Assembly (NCBI GenBank): GCA_050309605.1
Contig: JBNRMN010000090.1
Coordinates: 1-64,000, forward strand
DNA: 64,000 nucleotides
Direction: 5' to 3'
Source of the DNA: Anaerohalosphaeraceae bacterium
Lineage (GTDB): Bacteria > Planctomycetota > Phycisphaerae > Sedimentisphaerales > Anaerohalosphaeraceae
Part shown: positions 18,535 to 28,297 of the stretch, piece by piece
Layout: each line of letters starts with the position of its first letter
Numbering within the stretch: the first letter of the stretch is position 1
The notes under the pieces: model-generated
Told to the model about the DNA's origin: nothing
Seen by the model: the letters and a program-made list of their open reading frames with translations, nothing else
Database searches by the model: none
Program-made: the position numbers and the translations under genes

Positions 18535-21500
18535 TTAGTCATCTGTCGCCGCAGCCGCCGGCCGGACGCGGCGTTTCAGGCACGCCGCCGCCGAGTCCAT
18601 CGATGCATAGACCACCGGGATAATCACCATTGTCAAAAACGTCCCCGCCAGCAGACCACTGGCCGCGGCAATGCCCAGCGGACTCATCCGCTCCAATCCG
18701 ACGGCCAATTCCAGCACCAGCGGCGTCAGGCCCAACACCGTCGAAACCGTCGTCATCAGAATCGGGCGAATGCGAAGCCGAACGGATTGGACAATGGCCT
18801 CATCCCGTGCCATCCCTTCCTGTTGTGCTTTGAGGATAAACCCCAGCATCAGAATGCTGTTGTTGACCACCGTGCCGCCCAGCAGAATCAGCCCCATCAT
18901 GGCCGGTTGACACATCGGTTTGTCAAACAACAGCAGTCCCCACAGCGCCCCGGCAGCGGCCAGCGGAATGGCCGCCAAAATCGTAATCGGATGACGCAGC
19001 GATTTGAACGTCGCCATCAGCAAAATATACAACAGCACCAAACCCACCGCCAATGCCTGAACCATACTCTTCTGGGCACGCGCCATATCCGCGACGGTAC
19101 CGGCCACCTCGATATGATACCCCTCCGGCGATTCGATTTCCAACAGACGCTGCCGGACCATGGCGGCGACTTGCTTGATCGTATAAACCCGATTGACAGC
19201 GGTAATGTCCAGTGTATTGCGCAGATGTTCGCGTGTGACAAACGGCTGGTCGCGCTGGGTCTGAACCTGCGCCATCGCTCGCAGCGGCAAAGGACCTGAA
19301 GACGTGCTGACATAGATCTGCTCCAGTTGATCGGGGTATTGTATCTCGGATGGTGCATATTGCACGTAAATGGGAATGTCGAGCATACCTTTCAGCCGCA
19401 TCATGGAAGCGGGCACACCTTTAACGGCGATCTTGAGTTCCTCGGCCATTTGGGACGGCGTGGTTTGATAAAGACGGGCAAGGGCCGGATCGACACGGAC
19501 AATATACTCGACCTTGTCGAAATACCAGCTTCGTCTTACATCCATCAGACCCGGCAAACCGTCCAGCGCTTCAAGGCACTCATCGGCCAATGACGAGACA
19601 ATCGTTGAATCCGGCCCGCTGACAATAATATTCAGCGGCGCTTTGGTCGTGGCCATCGGCGTGGCCCCGTATTCGTTGATGCGGCTGGAACGGACGCCGG
19701 ACAGCGCTGTCAATTGTTCTCGCCAGGCGTCCTGAATCTGCCAGATGGTTTCGCTGCGCTGCGTTCGGTCCACCAGATGAACGGTGATTTTCGCTGTCTG
19801 GGCGGTTGCTCCGCCGCCGCCGAAACTGATTTGTCCGGCCTCCGAGCCGACGACCGAGGAGACCATTTGAACGCCCGGTGTAGCGAGAATGATTGATTCC
19901 GCCTGCGACAGCACATCTTCGACCTGGGCCGGCGAGTACTCCGTTGGCGTCTCAAACTCAATCATGCTGATACCGGTATCCATCGGCGGCATCAACTCGC
20001 CGCCGATCAATGGGACGACGATGCGTACCGTGGCGACAAACAACACCGCCGCCCCAAGCAGCGTGACTGTTTTGTACCGCAGCGCCCACCGCAATGCGCC
20101 GACATAGACCGTTGCAAGGACGCCGACCCCGCGATCCATATTGCCGAAGAAGCGTTCCAATACGTTTTTCTTTGTTTTTCGCCGCTTGAGCAGCCAGGAC
20201 GCCACCAGCGGCACCACCGTCAGCGCGCTGAGCAGGGAGGCGGCCAATGTCGTCACAATCATCAGATTCAAAGGCCGCATCACCTGCTGGGTATAGCCGC
20301 CGGTAAACGCCACCGGAACCAGGACCACCACGGTGGTCAGCATGCCGGCGGTAATTTCCAGTGCCACCTGGTTGGTTCCCACGCGCGCCGCTTCGGCGGC
20401 GTCGGGTTTGTCCATCTGCTGCCAATGCCGATAGATATTTTCCAGCACCACCACCGAGGCATCGACCACCATGCCGACCGCGATAATTAAGCCTGACAGC
20501 GTGACCATATTGAGCGTAAACGGCGACAGGCTCAACACCATCAGACTGCCCAGAAAGCTCAGCGGAATACTGACCGCCACGACCGCCGCCGCCCGCACAT
20601 CGGCCAGGAAAACAAATATCACGATAACCGTGATGATGACCGCCTGGCCCAGACTTTGCTGCATGCCGCGCACGTTAACATCGATCAAGGGCTGCTGGTC
20701 GTCGGTAATCTCAAAAACAATGTCAGGATAGCGCGCCTCCAGTTTGGGCAAAAATGCCTTGAAGGTACGGATGGCATCCACAGTCGGACTGTCGTCGGGC
20801 CGCAGAATGTTGACCGCAATGGCCGGTTTGCCGTTGCCGTGATAGACACTGCGCGGCTGCTGAACCGAAAGGCTGACATCAGCCACATCGCGAACACGCA
20901 GCAATCCCTGGCCGGTCAATCGCAGCGGCAAATTGCGAATCTGCTCGAGCGACTCAAATTCGCCGACGATTTTAACAAGATGCTCCTCGCGTTCGGAATA
21001 CATCGTCCCTGCCGGGGCGGCGACATTTTGGGCGGCCAGCGCCGAAACGACTTCAGGGAGCGTCAGACCATGGACGGCCAAACGATCCCGGCTGATGCGT
21101 ACCTGTACTTCGGGCTGATGGCCGCCGAAGACATCCACGTCGGCAATTCCGGGCAATGCAAGAATCTGGTCTTTGATCTGGTTTTCAGCCAGCAGACGAA
21201 TCTGCGACAAGGTTTGTGGACTGCCCGCACGGGGCGACAGCGCCAGCGTCGCCAGCGGCCGTGTGGCGTCGGTGATCTTGAAAATGCGCGGCTCAAGAAT
21301 ATCCGCCGGCAAATCCGCCCGCACCCGACCGATGGCATTCTGAACATCCAGAACCGCCTGTCCGATGGTGGTGTCATAATCGAACTCCACGTTGATGCTC
21401 GACACTTCGTCGCGCGTCGTGCTGGCCACCTTGACAAGACCGTCCAACGTATTCAGCTCTTTTTCCAACACACGGGTGATCTTGTCGGCCACGTCGCCGG

Positions 21501-21666
21501 CGGCCGCGCCGGGACGCACGGTAATCACGGCCACCTGAGGCGGAACCGTGTTCGGAAACAAATCCGTCGGCGTGCGAAGCAGCGACAAAATGCCCAGCGC
21601 CGCGACAACCATCACCGCGGCAACGACCGCATACGGATTGCGAAGCGAAAAACCGGTCAGATTCAT
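18535..21666 (-). CDS. RND efflux permease (AcrB/CusA superfamily)
   Basis: About 1040 aa; GMVVDASVVVLENI, RIRPILMT. Confidence 0.93.
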   Translation of the reverse strand: MNLTGFSLRNPYAVVAAVMVVAALGILSLLRTPTDLFPNTVPPQVAVITVRPGAAAGDVADKITRVLEKELNTLDGLVKVASTTRDEVSSINVEFDYDTTIGQAVLDVQNAIGRVRADLPADILEPRIFKITDATRPLATLALSPRAGSPQTLSQIRLLAENQIKDQILALPGIADVDVFGGHQPEVQVRISRDRLAVHGLTLPEVVSALAAQNVAAPAGTMYSEREEHLVKIVGEFESLEQIRNLPLRLTGQGLLRVRDVADVSLSVQQPRSVYHGNGKPAIAVNILRPDDSPTVDAIRTFKAFLPKLEARYPDIVFEITDDQQPLIDVNVRGMQQSLGQAVIITVIVIFVFLADVRAAAVVAVSIPLSFLGSLMVLSLSPFTLNMVTLSGLIIAVGMVVDASVVVLENIYRHWQQMDKPDAAEAARVGTNQVALEITAGMLTTVVVLVPVAFTGGYTQQVMRPLNLMIVTTLAASLLSALTVVPLVASWLLKRRKTKKNVLERFFGNMDRGVGVLATVYVGALRWALRYKTVTLLGAAVLFVATVRIVVPLIGGELMPPMDTGISMIEFETPTEYSPAQVEDVLSQAESIILATPGVQMVSSVVGSEAGQISFGGGGATAQTAKITVHLVDRTQRSETIWQIQDAWREQLTALSGVRSSRINEYGATPMATTKAPLNIIVSGPDSTIVSSLADECLEALDGLPGLMDVRRSWYFDKVEYIVRVDPALARLYQTTPSQMAEELKIAVKGVPASMMRLKGMLDIPIYVQYAPSEIQYPDQLEQIYVSTSSGPLPLRAMAQVQTQRDQPFVTREHLRNTLDITAVNRVYTIKQVAAMVRQRLLEIESPEGYHIEVAGTVADMARAQKSMVQALAVGLVLLYILLMATFKSLRHPITILAAIPLAAAGALWGLLLFDKPMCQPAMMGLILLGGTVVNNSILMLGFILKAQQEGMARDEAIVQSVRLRIRPILMTTVSTVLGLTPLVLELAVGLERMSPLGIAAASGLLAGTFLTMVIIPVVYASMDSAAACLKRRVRPAAAATDD

Positions 21667-22862
21667 TGCCGCACCTCCACCGGCAGTCCCGAATTGAGTA
21701 CCGACCACCCCAGAAATGTGCTGATAACCACCTGCTGCCCCGGCTCGATGCCTTCCACCGCGGCCTGATCGTTCTGCTGTCCGATTAGACGTACCGGTAT
21801 GGCGTCAAGCCGACCGTCCCTGACGACAAAGACATGCGATTGCCCTTTGGGGGATTCGGTAACAGCGGCAGCGGGAACGAAGGTGACACTTTCTTTTCGT
21901 TTTAGCACCAACGAAAGCGGAATGTAAGCTCTGCCGACCAGCTCTTCAGCCGACTCGCCGGTCAAAACGGCTTCGGCCCGCAGCATCCGAGCGTGATTCA
22001 ACGAAGGATAAAGCGTATGAACGGACGCCTGACGAACAGTCCCTCCCGGCGTCGTATAGCTGACGGACATTCCCGTTCGCACCTGTGGTACATCCTGTTG
22101 CGGAATATCAAACGCCAGCTTGAGACGACGGTGATCTTCGACGGTCAGCAGCGCTTTTCCGGGAGCCGCCAGATCACCCGGATCGACATGGCGCTCAGAC
22201 ACCACCCCGTCAAAGGGACTGACGATGGAACAATAACTGAGCCGCGTTTGTATCTCCGCCAGCCGCCGTTTCAGCGAGGCGGCCTGATACTCCAGGGCGC
22301 GGGACTTTTGGCGAGTTGATTCCAGCCGACCGGTGATTTCATTGACCCGCTCCCGAGCCGCTTCCGCCTCTGAGACCGTTGCGGCTCCGCCGGCCTGCAG
22401 GTGTGCGATTCGGTCGGCTTCCCGCGTCCAGTAATCCAGTGAGCCGGCCAGCGATTGAACCGTAGCGTCATTGGCCGCCTGTTCGGCCCGTACCTGGTCG
22501 ATCTGGGCCTGAACGGAGGCCATGGTCTCTTTGATCTCCCGATCATCCAGCGTCATCAGCAATTGACCGGCCTCAGCCCGGTCGCCTTCTTTGACCAAAA
22601 GGGATTGAACCGTTGTGGTCAGGCGGGCAGACAGTGTCGCGGTCTGCACCGGCTCGGCAAGGGCCAGGTAATCTCTGACATGCTCCCATGTTCCCCTGTA
22701 AGAGCGGGCGGTCTGCACCGCAAGCGGCCTGATCTGAAACCGAGGCGCAGCGGCCAACGCCGTCTTTTTTTGTTGAATCAGCATCCTGGCGCCAAAACCA
22801 ATCCCGATGACGACGATAACGGCCAACAGGATGTATCGTGTGCGTTTCAATCGAATTTTCAT
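21663..22862 (-). CDS. RND periplasmic adaptor (MFP)
   Basis: N-terminal TM, VKEGD, coiled hairpin, SPFDGVV. Confidence 0.92.
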   Translation of the reverse strand: MKIRLKRTRYILLAVIVVIGIGFGARMLIQQKKTALAAAPRFQIRPLAVQTARSYRGTWEHVRDYLALAEPVQTATLSARLTTTVQSLLVKEGDRAEAGQLLMTLDDREIKETMASVQAQIDQVRAEQAANDATVQSLAGSLDYWTREADRIAHLQAGGAATVSEAEAARERVNEITGRLESTRQKSRALEYQAASLKRRLAEIQTRLSYCSIVSPFDGVVSERHVDPGDLAAPGKALLTVEDHRRLKLAFDIPQQDVPQVRTGMSVSYTTPGGTVRQASVHTLYPSLNHARMLRAEAVLTGESAEELVGRAYIPLSLVLKRKESVTFVPAAAVTESPKGQSHVFVVRDGRLDAIPVRLIGQQNDQAAVEGIEPGQQVVISTFLGWSVLNSGLPVEVRQ

Positions 22863-22898
22863 AGAATGTCCTTTATTGAACGCTGGTGCTCTCCGGTT

Positions 22899-23492
22899 CT
22901 ACTGAAGCGCCTTGAGAAACAACGGCCAGACCTTTTGGGCCTGCCGCGTCACATCGAAATCGCCGTCGCTGAGATGCCATAAAATCATAGACGGCTGAAT
23001 CAGTCCCAAAAACAGCACCGCCGCCGCGCCAACATCCACCGTTTCGGCAATCTGGCCGGCGGATTGAGCCTGACCCAGCAGACATGTCACTTCATCCAGA
23101 TAAGAACGGATGACCCCCAAAATGCGACCTTTGCGCTCCGGATGGTCGGCGTGAAAATCCCGGGAAAAGATAACGACGGGAATCCCGCGGTTTTCCTGAA
23201 TCAGGTGAATATGCCGACAAAACAACTGATGCAATCGCTCAAGCGGGGCCTGTGTCTGCTCACGGACAGCCGCGACATTGTCGAGCAGTTTGCTGTGTAT
23301 CAGCTCAACCGTCAGGTTTAAGATCTCGTCTTTATTCCTGAAATGACGGTACAGGGCCGAGGGAACCAGCCCCACACGTCGTGCCACCGCGGCAACACTG
23401 AGCTGCTGAAGCCCGCCGGCTGACACGATGTCCAGAGCCGCTTGGGCGATCTGTTCTCGACGAATCCGAGTTTTAAGTTTTTCAATAGCCAC
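22899..23492 (-). CDS. TetR/AcrR transcriptional regulator
   Basis: HTH VARRVGLVPSALYRHF. GTG start chosen at 23492 because the promoter/operator overlaps the upstream in-frame start. Confidence 0.9.
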   Translation of the reverse strand: MAIEKLKTRIRREQIAQAALDIVSAGGLQQLSVAAVARRVGLVPSALYRHFRNKDEILNLTVELIHSKLLDNVAAVREQTQAPLERLHQLFCRHIHLIQENRGIPVVIFSRDFHADHPERKGRILGVIRSYLDEVTCLLGQAQSAGQIAETVDVGAAAVLFLGLIQPSMILWHLSDGDFDVTRQAQKVWPLFLKALQ

Positions 23493-23503
23493 AATAAACT
23501 CAC

Positions 23504-23550
23504 AATGTGAATGGATGTTCACATTATAACAGCCAGAAAAGATTTGTCAA
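23504..23550 (-). promoter_or_regulatory. Consensus sigma70 promoter with overlapping palindromic TetR operator
   Basis: Minus strand TTGACA-N16-TATAAT (23550-23523); perfect IR AATGTGAA-N6-TTCACATT at 23504-23525. Confidence 0.8.
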
Positions 23551-23593
23551 TACCGAAACGCCCGGGATAAAATGAAATATTCCTAAAAACAGG

Positions 23594-23640
23594 TTGATTT
23601 GATAGAATGAAAACATATAATGTGAGTATTATGTGTTATT
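23594..23640 (+). promoter_or_regulatory. Putative promoter and ArsR operator of the ars operon
   Basis: TTGATT-N16-TATAAT followed by an imperfect AT-rich inverted repeat. Confidence 0.5.
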
Positions 23641-23673
23641 GTAACAGAGTGATACAGCCGAAAAGATTGATAT

Positions 23674-24003
23674 ATGGACAAAGAAAAACTGAAATTTTAC
23701 GAACTAAAGGCCGAGGTGATTCAGGCCGCGGCCCATCCGATCCGTTTGGCGGTTATCGAGTTTCTGGCCGAAGGCGAACAGTGTGTTTGTGATATTGTAA
23801 CGTATGTCGGGGCGCAGCGATCCAATGTCTCGCGCCATCTGGCGGTGATGCTGCGGGCCGGGATTCTCGAATGCCGAAAAGAAGGGCTAAAGGTCATCTA
23901 TTCGCTCAAGACTCCGTGCATTGTGGAATTTCTGGGTTGTGTGGAAGAGGTCTTGAAAGAACGAATGAAAAGCCAGACGGCCTTGCTGAGCAGGCTCGCG
24001 TAA
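23674..24003 (+). CDS. ArsR/SmtB regulator
   Basis: AHPIRL, EQCVCDI, VSRHL. Confidence 0.92.
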   Translation: MDKEKLKFYELKAEVIQAAAHPIRLAVIEFLAEGEQCVCDIVTYVGAQRSNVSRHLAVMLRAGILECRKEGLKVIYSLKTPCIVEFLGCVEEVLKERMKSQTALLSRLA

Positions 24004-24049
24004 AGTCGTCCCGACTGAATGCAATTATTCATCAACGAGAACTGATGCA

Positions 24050-25378
24050 ATGGACTGGAAGAACGAATTCAAGAAATTAGCCGCGGTAGTGGTCGTGTTT
24101 CTGGCGTGTTTTTATCTGCCGGTCCATCATTCACGATTTGTAAACGCCGTTCTCGAATCGCTGCATCTGGTCAAGTGGTACGCCCGCGAGCATGTGCTGC
24201 TGTGTCTGATCCCGGCGTTTTTCATTGCCGGTGCAATCGGCGTGTTTGTCAGTCAGGCATCGGTGATGAAATACCTCGGCGCCAAGGCCAACAAAGTACT
24301 GGCCTACGGCGTGGCCAGTGTATCCGGGACGATCCTGGCGGTCTGTTCGTGTACGGTGCTGCCGCTGTTTGCGGGAATTTATAAGATGGGGGCCGGACTG
24401 GGGCCGGCCACGGCGTTTTTGTATTCCGGCCCTGCAATCAATGTGCTGGCGATTATTATGACCGCGCGGATCCTCGGCCTGGAGCTGGGCATTGCCCGAG
24501 CGGTCGGAGCGATTGTGTTCAGCGTGGTCATCGGGCTGCTGATGCATCTGATCTATCGCAAAGAGGAACTGGAAAAAAGCAGCGGACAAATGGCGATGCC
24601 TGAACCCCAAGTGGCCCGGCCGTTGTGGAAAAATGCGGCGTTTTTCGCGTCAATGGTAGGTATTCTGGTCGTGGCCAACTGGGCGCGGAGCGGCGACGTA
24701 CGGGCGGTCTTTCTGTGCTGTCCGGGCGGCCTGAGCACTTATACGATTGAAGGGATGGTGGTTCAGGAGGGCGACGATTACGTCCGCGTGGTCGATCGCG
24801 CCGGGACCGAACATGAAATCCCCGCCGAGCAGCTTCAGGCAGTCGAACCCGTTGACAAGAATATCGTGTATGAGGCCATTTTTCGCGCCCGCTGGGGTAT
24901 TACGGCAGCACTGCTGGTGCTGTTCGGCGGGATGCTGCTGATGTGGTTCAGTCGCGGTGAGATAGCCGAATGGGTCGGGGCGTCGTGGGGGTTTGCGTGG
25001 CAGATTTTGCCGCTGCTGCTGATCGGCGTACTGGCGGCCGGATTCCTGCTGGGTCGCCCGGGCTATGAGGGCATTATCCCGGCCCAATGGGTCGAAAAGG
25101 CCGTCGGCGGCAACAGCCTGTGGGCAAACTTGTTCGCCTCGTTTGCCGGGGCGTTTATGTATTTTGCGACATTGACGGAAGTGCCGATTTTGCAGGGTCT
25201 GCTCGGCGCCGGCATGGGCAAAGGCCCGGCGCTGGCGCTGCTGCTGTCCGGGCCGGCGTTGAGTTTGCCGAATATGCTGGTCCTCCGCTCGGTGATGGGC
25301 ACACAGAAAACAATCGTCTTTGTGGCGCTGGTCGTCGTGATGGCGACGATCAGCGGATTGATTTACGGGGCGCTATAA
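24050..25378 (+). CDS. DUF318/ArsP-type permease with an inserted soluble loop
   Basis: HVLLCLIPAFFIAG, AVCSCTVLP, YFATLTEVPI, GPALSLP. Confidence 0.88.
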   Translation: MDWKNEFKKLAAVVVVFLACFYLPVHHSRFVNAVLESLHLVKWYAREHVLLCLIPAFFIAGAIGVFVSQASVMKYLGAKANKVLAYGVASVSGTILAVCSCTVLPLFAGIYKMGAGLGPATAFLYSGPAINVLAIIMTARILGLELGIARAVGAIVFSVVIGLLMHLIYRKEELEKSSGQMAMPEPQVARPLWKNAAFFASMVGILVVANWARSGDVRAVFLCCPGGLSTYTIEGMVVQEGDDYVRVVDRAGTEHEIPAEQLQAVEPVDKNIVYEAIFRARWGITAALLVLFGGMLLMWFSRGEIAEWVGASWGFAWQILPLLLIGVLAAGFLLGRPGYEGIIPAQWVEKAVGGNSLWANLFASFAGAFMYFATLTEVPILQGLLGAGMGKGPALALLLSGPALSLPNMLVLRSVMGTQKTIVFVALVVVMATISGLIYGAL

Positions 25379-25420
25379 GAACCGCAGGTTTTACAGAAAA
25401 CATAACGTAGGTTTGTTGCA

Positions 25421-25900
25421 ATGACACAATTTACAGTACATCGGATCGGCGTCATCCGTACGCCGCATAAGCAAGCTGACGGCACGCCGATTCAATCGGC
25501 CTTTGCCAAAGGCATTGAAGGCGTGGTCGAAGTCTTTGAGCCGTATGCTGCGGGACTGAAAGATCTGGAAGGCTTTGATCGCATCTGGCTGATTTACTGG
25601 TTTGATCGCTCAGCGGACTGGAAGCCGCTGGTCAAACCCTACATGGATACACAGCAGCGCGGTGTTTTTGCCACGCGAGCGCCGGCCCGACCGAATCCGA
25701 TCGGTCTGTCATCGGTCAAACTCGAGGGCATCGAGGGCAACACACTATACATACGCGATGCGGATATGCTGGACGGAACGCCGCTGCTGGACATCAAGCC
25801 GTACAGTCCAATGTTTGACCATTTTGATGTGTCGCGCAGCGGCTGGATGGACCACGTCAAAGACGCACGGATAATCGCCGACGAGCGATTCCAAAAATAA
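25421..25900 (+). CDS. tsaA: TsaA/TrmO-like SAM-binding protein (single domain)
   Basis: GVFATRAPARPNPIGLS, DMLDGTPLLDIKPY. Confidence 0.88.
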   Translation: MTQFTVHRIGVIRTPHKQADGTPIQSAFAKGIEGVVEVFEPYAAGLKDLEGFDRIWLIYWFDRSADWKPLVKPYMDTQQRGVFATRAPARPNPIGLSSVKLEGIEGNTLYIRDADMLDGTPLLDIKPYSPMFDHFDVSRSGWMDHVKDARIIADERFQK

Positions 25901-25975
25901 GCTCAAGGGTAAAATGTAAAAGGAAAAATTATGGATTCGGCCGCAGCCGAGGCTATTTGATCAGGAGACAGACGA

Positions 25976-26209
25976 ATGAAAAAGATACAGATATTGGGAA
26001 CGGGGTGTCCGAAGTGTAAAAAGCTGGCCGAGAATGCCGAAGCGGCCGTCAAAGCCGCCGGTGTGGCCGCCGAGATTGAAAAGGTAACACAGATCAACGA
26101 CATTATGGCAATGGGCGTGATGATGACCCCGGCTCTGGCGATTGACGGCCAGGTTAAAATCGTCGGCAAGGTCGCCTCGCCGGATGAGATTCAGGCAATG
26201 CTAACATGA
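25976..26209 (+). CDS. Small redox-active disulfide protein (MTH895-like thioredoxin)
   Basis: ILGTGCPKC, GVMMTPAL. Confidence 0.9.
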   Translation: MKKIQILGTGCPKCKKLAENAEAAVKAAGVAAEIEKVTQINDIMAMGVMMTPALAIDGQVKIVGKVASPDEIQAMLT

Positions 26210-26279
26210 CAGAAGTCAGAAGTCAAAGGTCAGAGGTCAGAGGCCAGAAGACAGAAGACAGAGGACAGAAGTCAGAAAG
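26210..26279 (+). repeat. Tandem array of ten degenerate 7-mers (CAGARGN-like)
   Basis: cagaagt cagaagt caaaggt cagaggt cagaggc cagaaga cagaaga cagagga cagaagt cagaaag. Confidence 0.9.
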
Positions 26280-26288
26280 GGACAGACC

Positions 26289-26753
26289 ATGAGTACGATT
26301 GTAAAAATGGCAATTGTCGGCGGGTTGATGGCGGCTATCGGGACGGTCGTCGTACTGAAAAACGGCGGAACCTCTACGTGCTGCCCGCCGGCGACCCATC
26401 CGCCCGGCGGCGCCGGTCTGCACGATGAATATGATGAACCGGTACAGATTGCTCCCTCGCCGTCGGGTCTGCCGCGGCTGGTGGAGTTGGGATCAACGAC
26501 GTGCATCCCCTGCCAGATGATGAAGCCGATTCTTGAAGAGCTGACGTCCGAGTACGACGGCAGGCTGGAGGTGCAGTTCGTGGATGTCCACCAAGAACCG
26601 GCCAAGGCCGAACAGTTCAAGGTTCGTGTGATCCCGACGCAGGTGTTTCTTGACGCCGACGGCAGCGAGCTGTTTCGCCACGAAGGCTTCTTTCCGAAAG
26701 AGGATATTTTAGCCAAATGGGCCCAACTGGGATTCGATTTTGTTCAGCCATGA
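26289..26753 (+). CDS. Exported or membrane-anchored thioredoxin family protein
   Basis: N-terminal hydrophobic segment, TCCP linker, CIPC active site, cis-Pro VIPT. Confidence 0.88.
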   Translation: MSTIVKMAIVGGLMAAIGTVVVLKNGGTSTCCPPATHPPGGAGLHDEYDEPVQIAPSPSGLPRLVELGSTTCIPCQMMKPILEELTSEYDGRLEVQFVDVHQEPAKAEQFKVRVIPTQVFLDADGSELFRHEGFFPKEDILAKWAQLGFDFVQP

Positions 26754-26777
26754 TCGGTTAAACCCAAAGGCAATACG

Positions 26778-27473
26778 ATGCAGGAACTGTTTACACAATT
26801 GACGCGCGCGGTCGAAGGGGCATGGTTTGCTGCGTTGGCCGCGTCGTTTATCTGGGGCGTGTTGAGTATCGTGCTCAGCCCTTGCCATCTGGCCAGTATT
26901 CCGCTGATTGTCGGATTTATCGAAGGACAGGGGCGCATGACGACACGGCGGGCGTTTGCGGTTTCAACGGCGTTTTCGGTCGGCATCCTAATCACAATCG
27001 CACTGATCGGCGTGGTCACCGCCGTGGCCGGTCGGATGCTGGGCAGTCTCGGTGCGTGGAGCAATTATCTGGTCGCAGCGATTTTTTTTCTGGTGGGGTT
27101 GTATCTGCTGGATGTGATCCCGATGCCGTTTTCAGCAGCCGGTCCCCAAGGCGTGCGGCGAAAAGGCATCCTCGCGGCGCTGCTGCTGGGGCTGGTCTTC
27201 GGCGTGGCGCTGGGACCGTGCACCTTCGCGTATATGGCGCCGATGCTTGCGATTACGTTTCGGCTGGCCTCGACGGATATAGGGTACGGCGTGCTGCTGC
27301 TGGCGGTGTACGGCATCGGGCATTGTTCGGTTATCGTCTTTGCCGGCACGTTTACAGAAGTGATTCAGCGTTATCTGAACTGGAATGAATCCTCCAAAGG
27401 GGCGGTGGTGGTGAAACGACTCTGCGGCCTGCTCGTGCTGCTCGGCGGCTTGTATATGCTCTATATTGCCTGA
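26778..27473 (+). CDS. CcdA/DsbD transmembrane thiol-disulfide transporter
   Basis: LSPCHL and LGPCT paired cysteines; about 6 TM helices. Confidence 0.88.
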   Translation: MQELFTQLTRAVEGAWFAALAASFIWGVLSIVLSPCHLASIPLIVGFIEGQGRMTTRRAFAVSTAFSVGILITIALIGVVTAVAGRMLGSLGAWSNYLVAAIFFLVGLYLLDVIPMPFSAAGPQGVRRKGILAALLLGLVFGVALGPCTFAYMAPMLAITFRLASTDIGYGVLLLAVYGIGHCSVIVFAGTFTEVIQRYLNWNESSKGAVVVKRLCGLLVLLGGLYMLYIA

Positions 27474-27515
27474 ACACAGTAAGAACTGGATAATTCAAAA
27501 CTGAGGAAAAGTCTT

Positions 27516-28214
27516 ATGTCACAACAAGTCAACAGACGTGCATTTATGAATGCGGCCGGTCTGGCTGCGGCGACCGGTCTGGTCGGTACTTCCGCAATGC
27601 AAGCCGAAACGATCAGGCCGGAGGATAAGATTCTCATCATCGGCGTGGCGTGCAGTCCGCGCAAGGGAAAAACCACTTCGGTGTCGGTTCAGACGGCGCT
27701 GAAAGCGGCTGAGACGACCCATCCGCGGATTGAAACGCGGTTTATTGATTTGGGCGGATTGACTATCGGCGGCTGGCAGGGCGGCGCCAAGCCGGACGCC
27801 CCGGCCGAGATTCGCGACGATTTCGACTTGATCATACCTTATTTTGAGGCCCCGAATCTGGGCGGGCTGATTATCGGCTCGCCGTGCTATTTCCGCAGCA
27901 TCAGTGCGTTGTGCAAGGCGTTTATGGAACGGCTGTATGTGCTGCGTACGCCGACTATGCGGCTGGAAAACAAGCCCTTGGGCGCGGTCGGCGTCGGGTC
28001 GTTCCGCAACGGCGGACAGGAACTGGTCATCGAGCAGATTCAGACGGCGATGCAGTGTTTTGAGGTGATGGCCGTCGGCGGTAAACCCAGTGCCCATCAG
28101 GGAGCAACGCTCTGGAACAATTGGAACGATGACATTACGAAAGACACCTTTGGCATCGATACTGCCAACAAACTCGGTATCCGTGTAGCCGAGGCGGCGC
28201 TTAAAGTGGTGTAA
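27516..28214 (+). CDS. Flavodoxin-like / NADPH-dependent FMN reductase family protein with Tat signal
   Basis: NRRAFM twin-arginine leader; CSPRKGKTT, IIGSPCYF, RNGGQE. Confidence 0.8.
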   Translation: MSQQVNRRAFMNAAGLAAATGLVGTSAMQAETIRPEDKILIIGVACSPRKGKTTSVSVQTALKAAETTHPRIETRFIDLGGLTIGGWQGGAKPDAPAEIRDDFDLIIPYFEAPNLGGLIIGSPCYFRSISALCKAFMERLYVLRTPTMRLENKPLGAVGVGSFRNGGQELVIEQIQTAMQCFEVMAVGGKPSAHQGATLWNNWNDDITKDTFGIDTANKLGIRVAEAALKVV

Positions 28215-28297
28215 GTCGTGCCCAGTTGCGATTGCATGTGGTCTGCGTGGAAGTATTTGATACGACAACAAATCCTTGTTTAGACGGGAGGTTATGT

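Noticed and set aside
26210..26279. Possible CRISPR array
   Set aside because: Contiguous 7-mers with no spacers, and no cas genes in the window.
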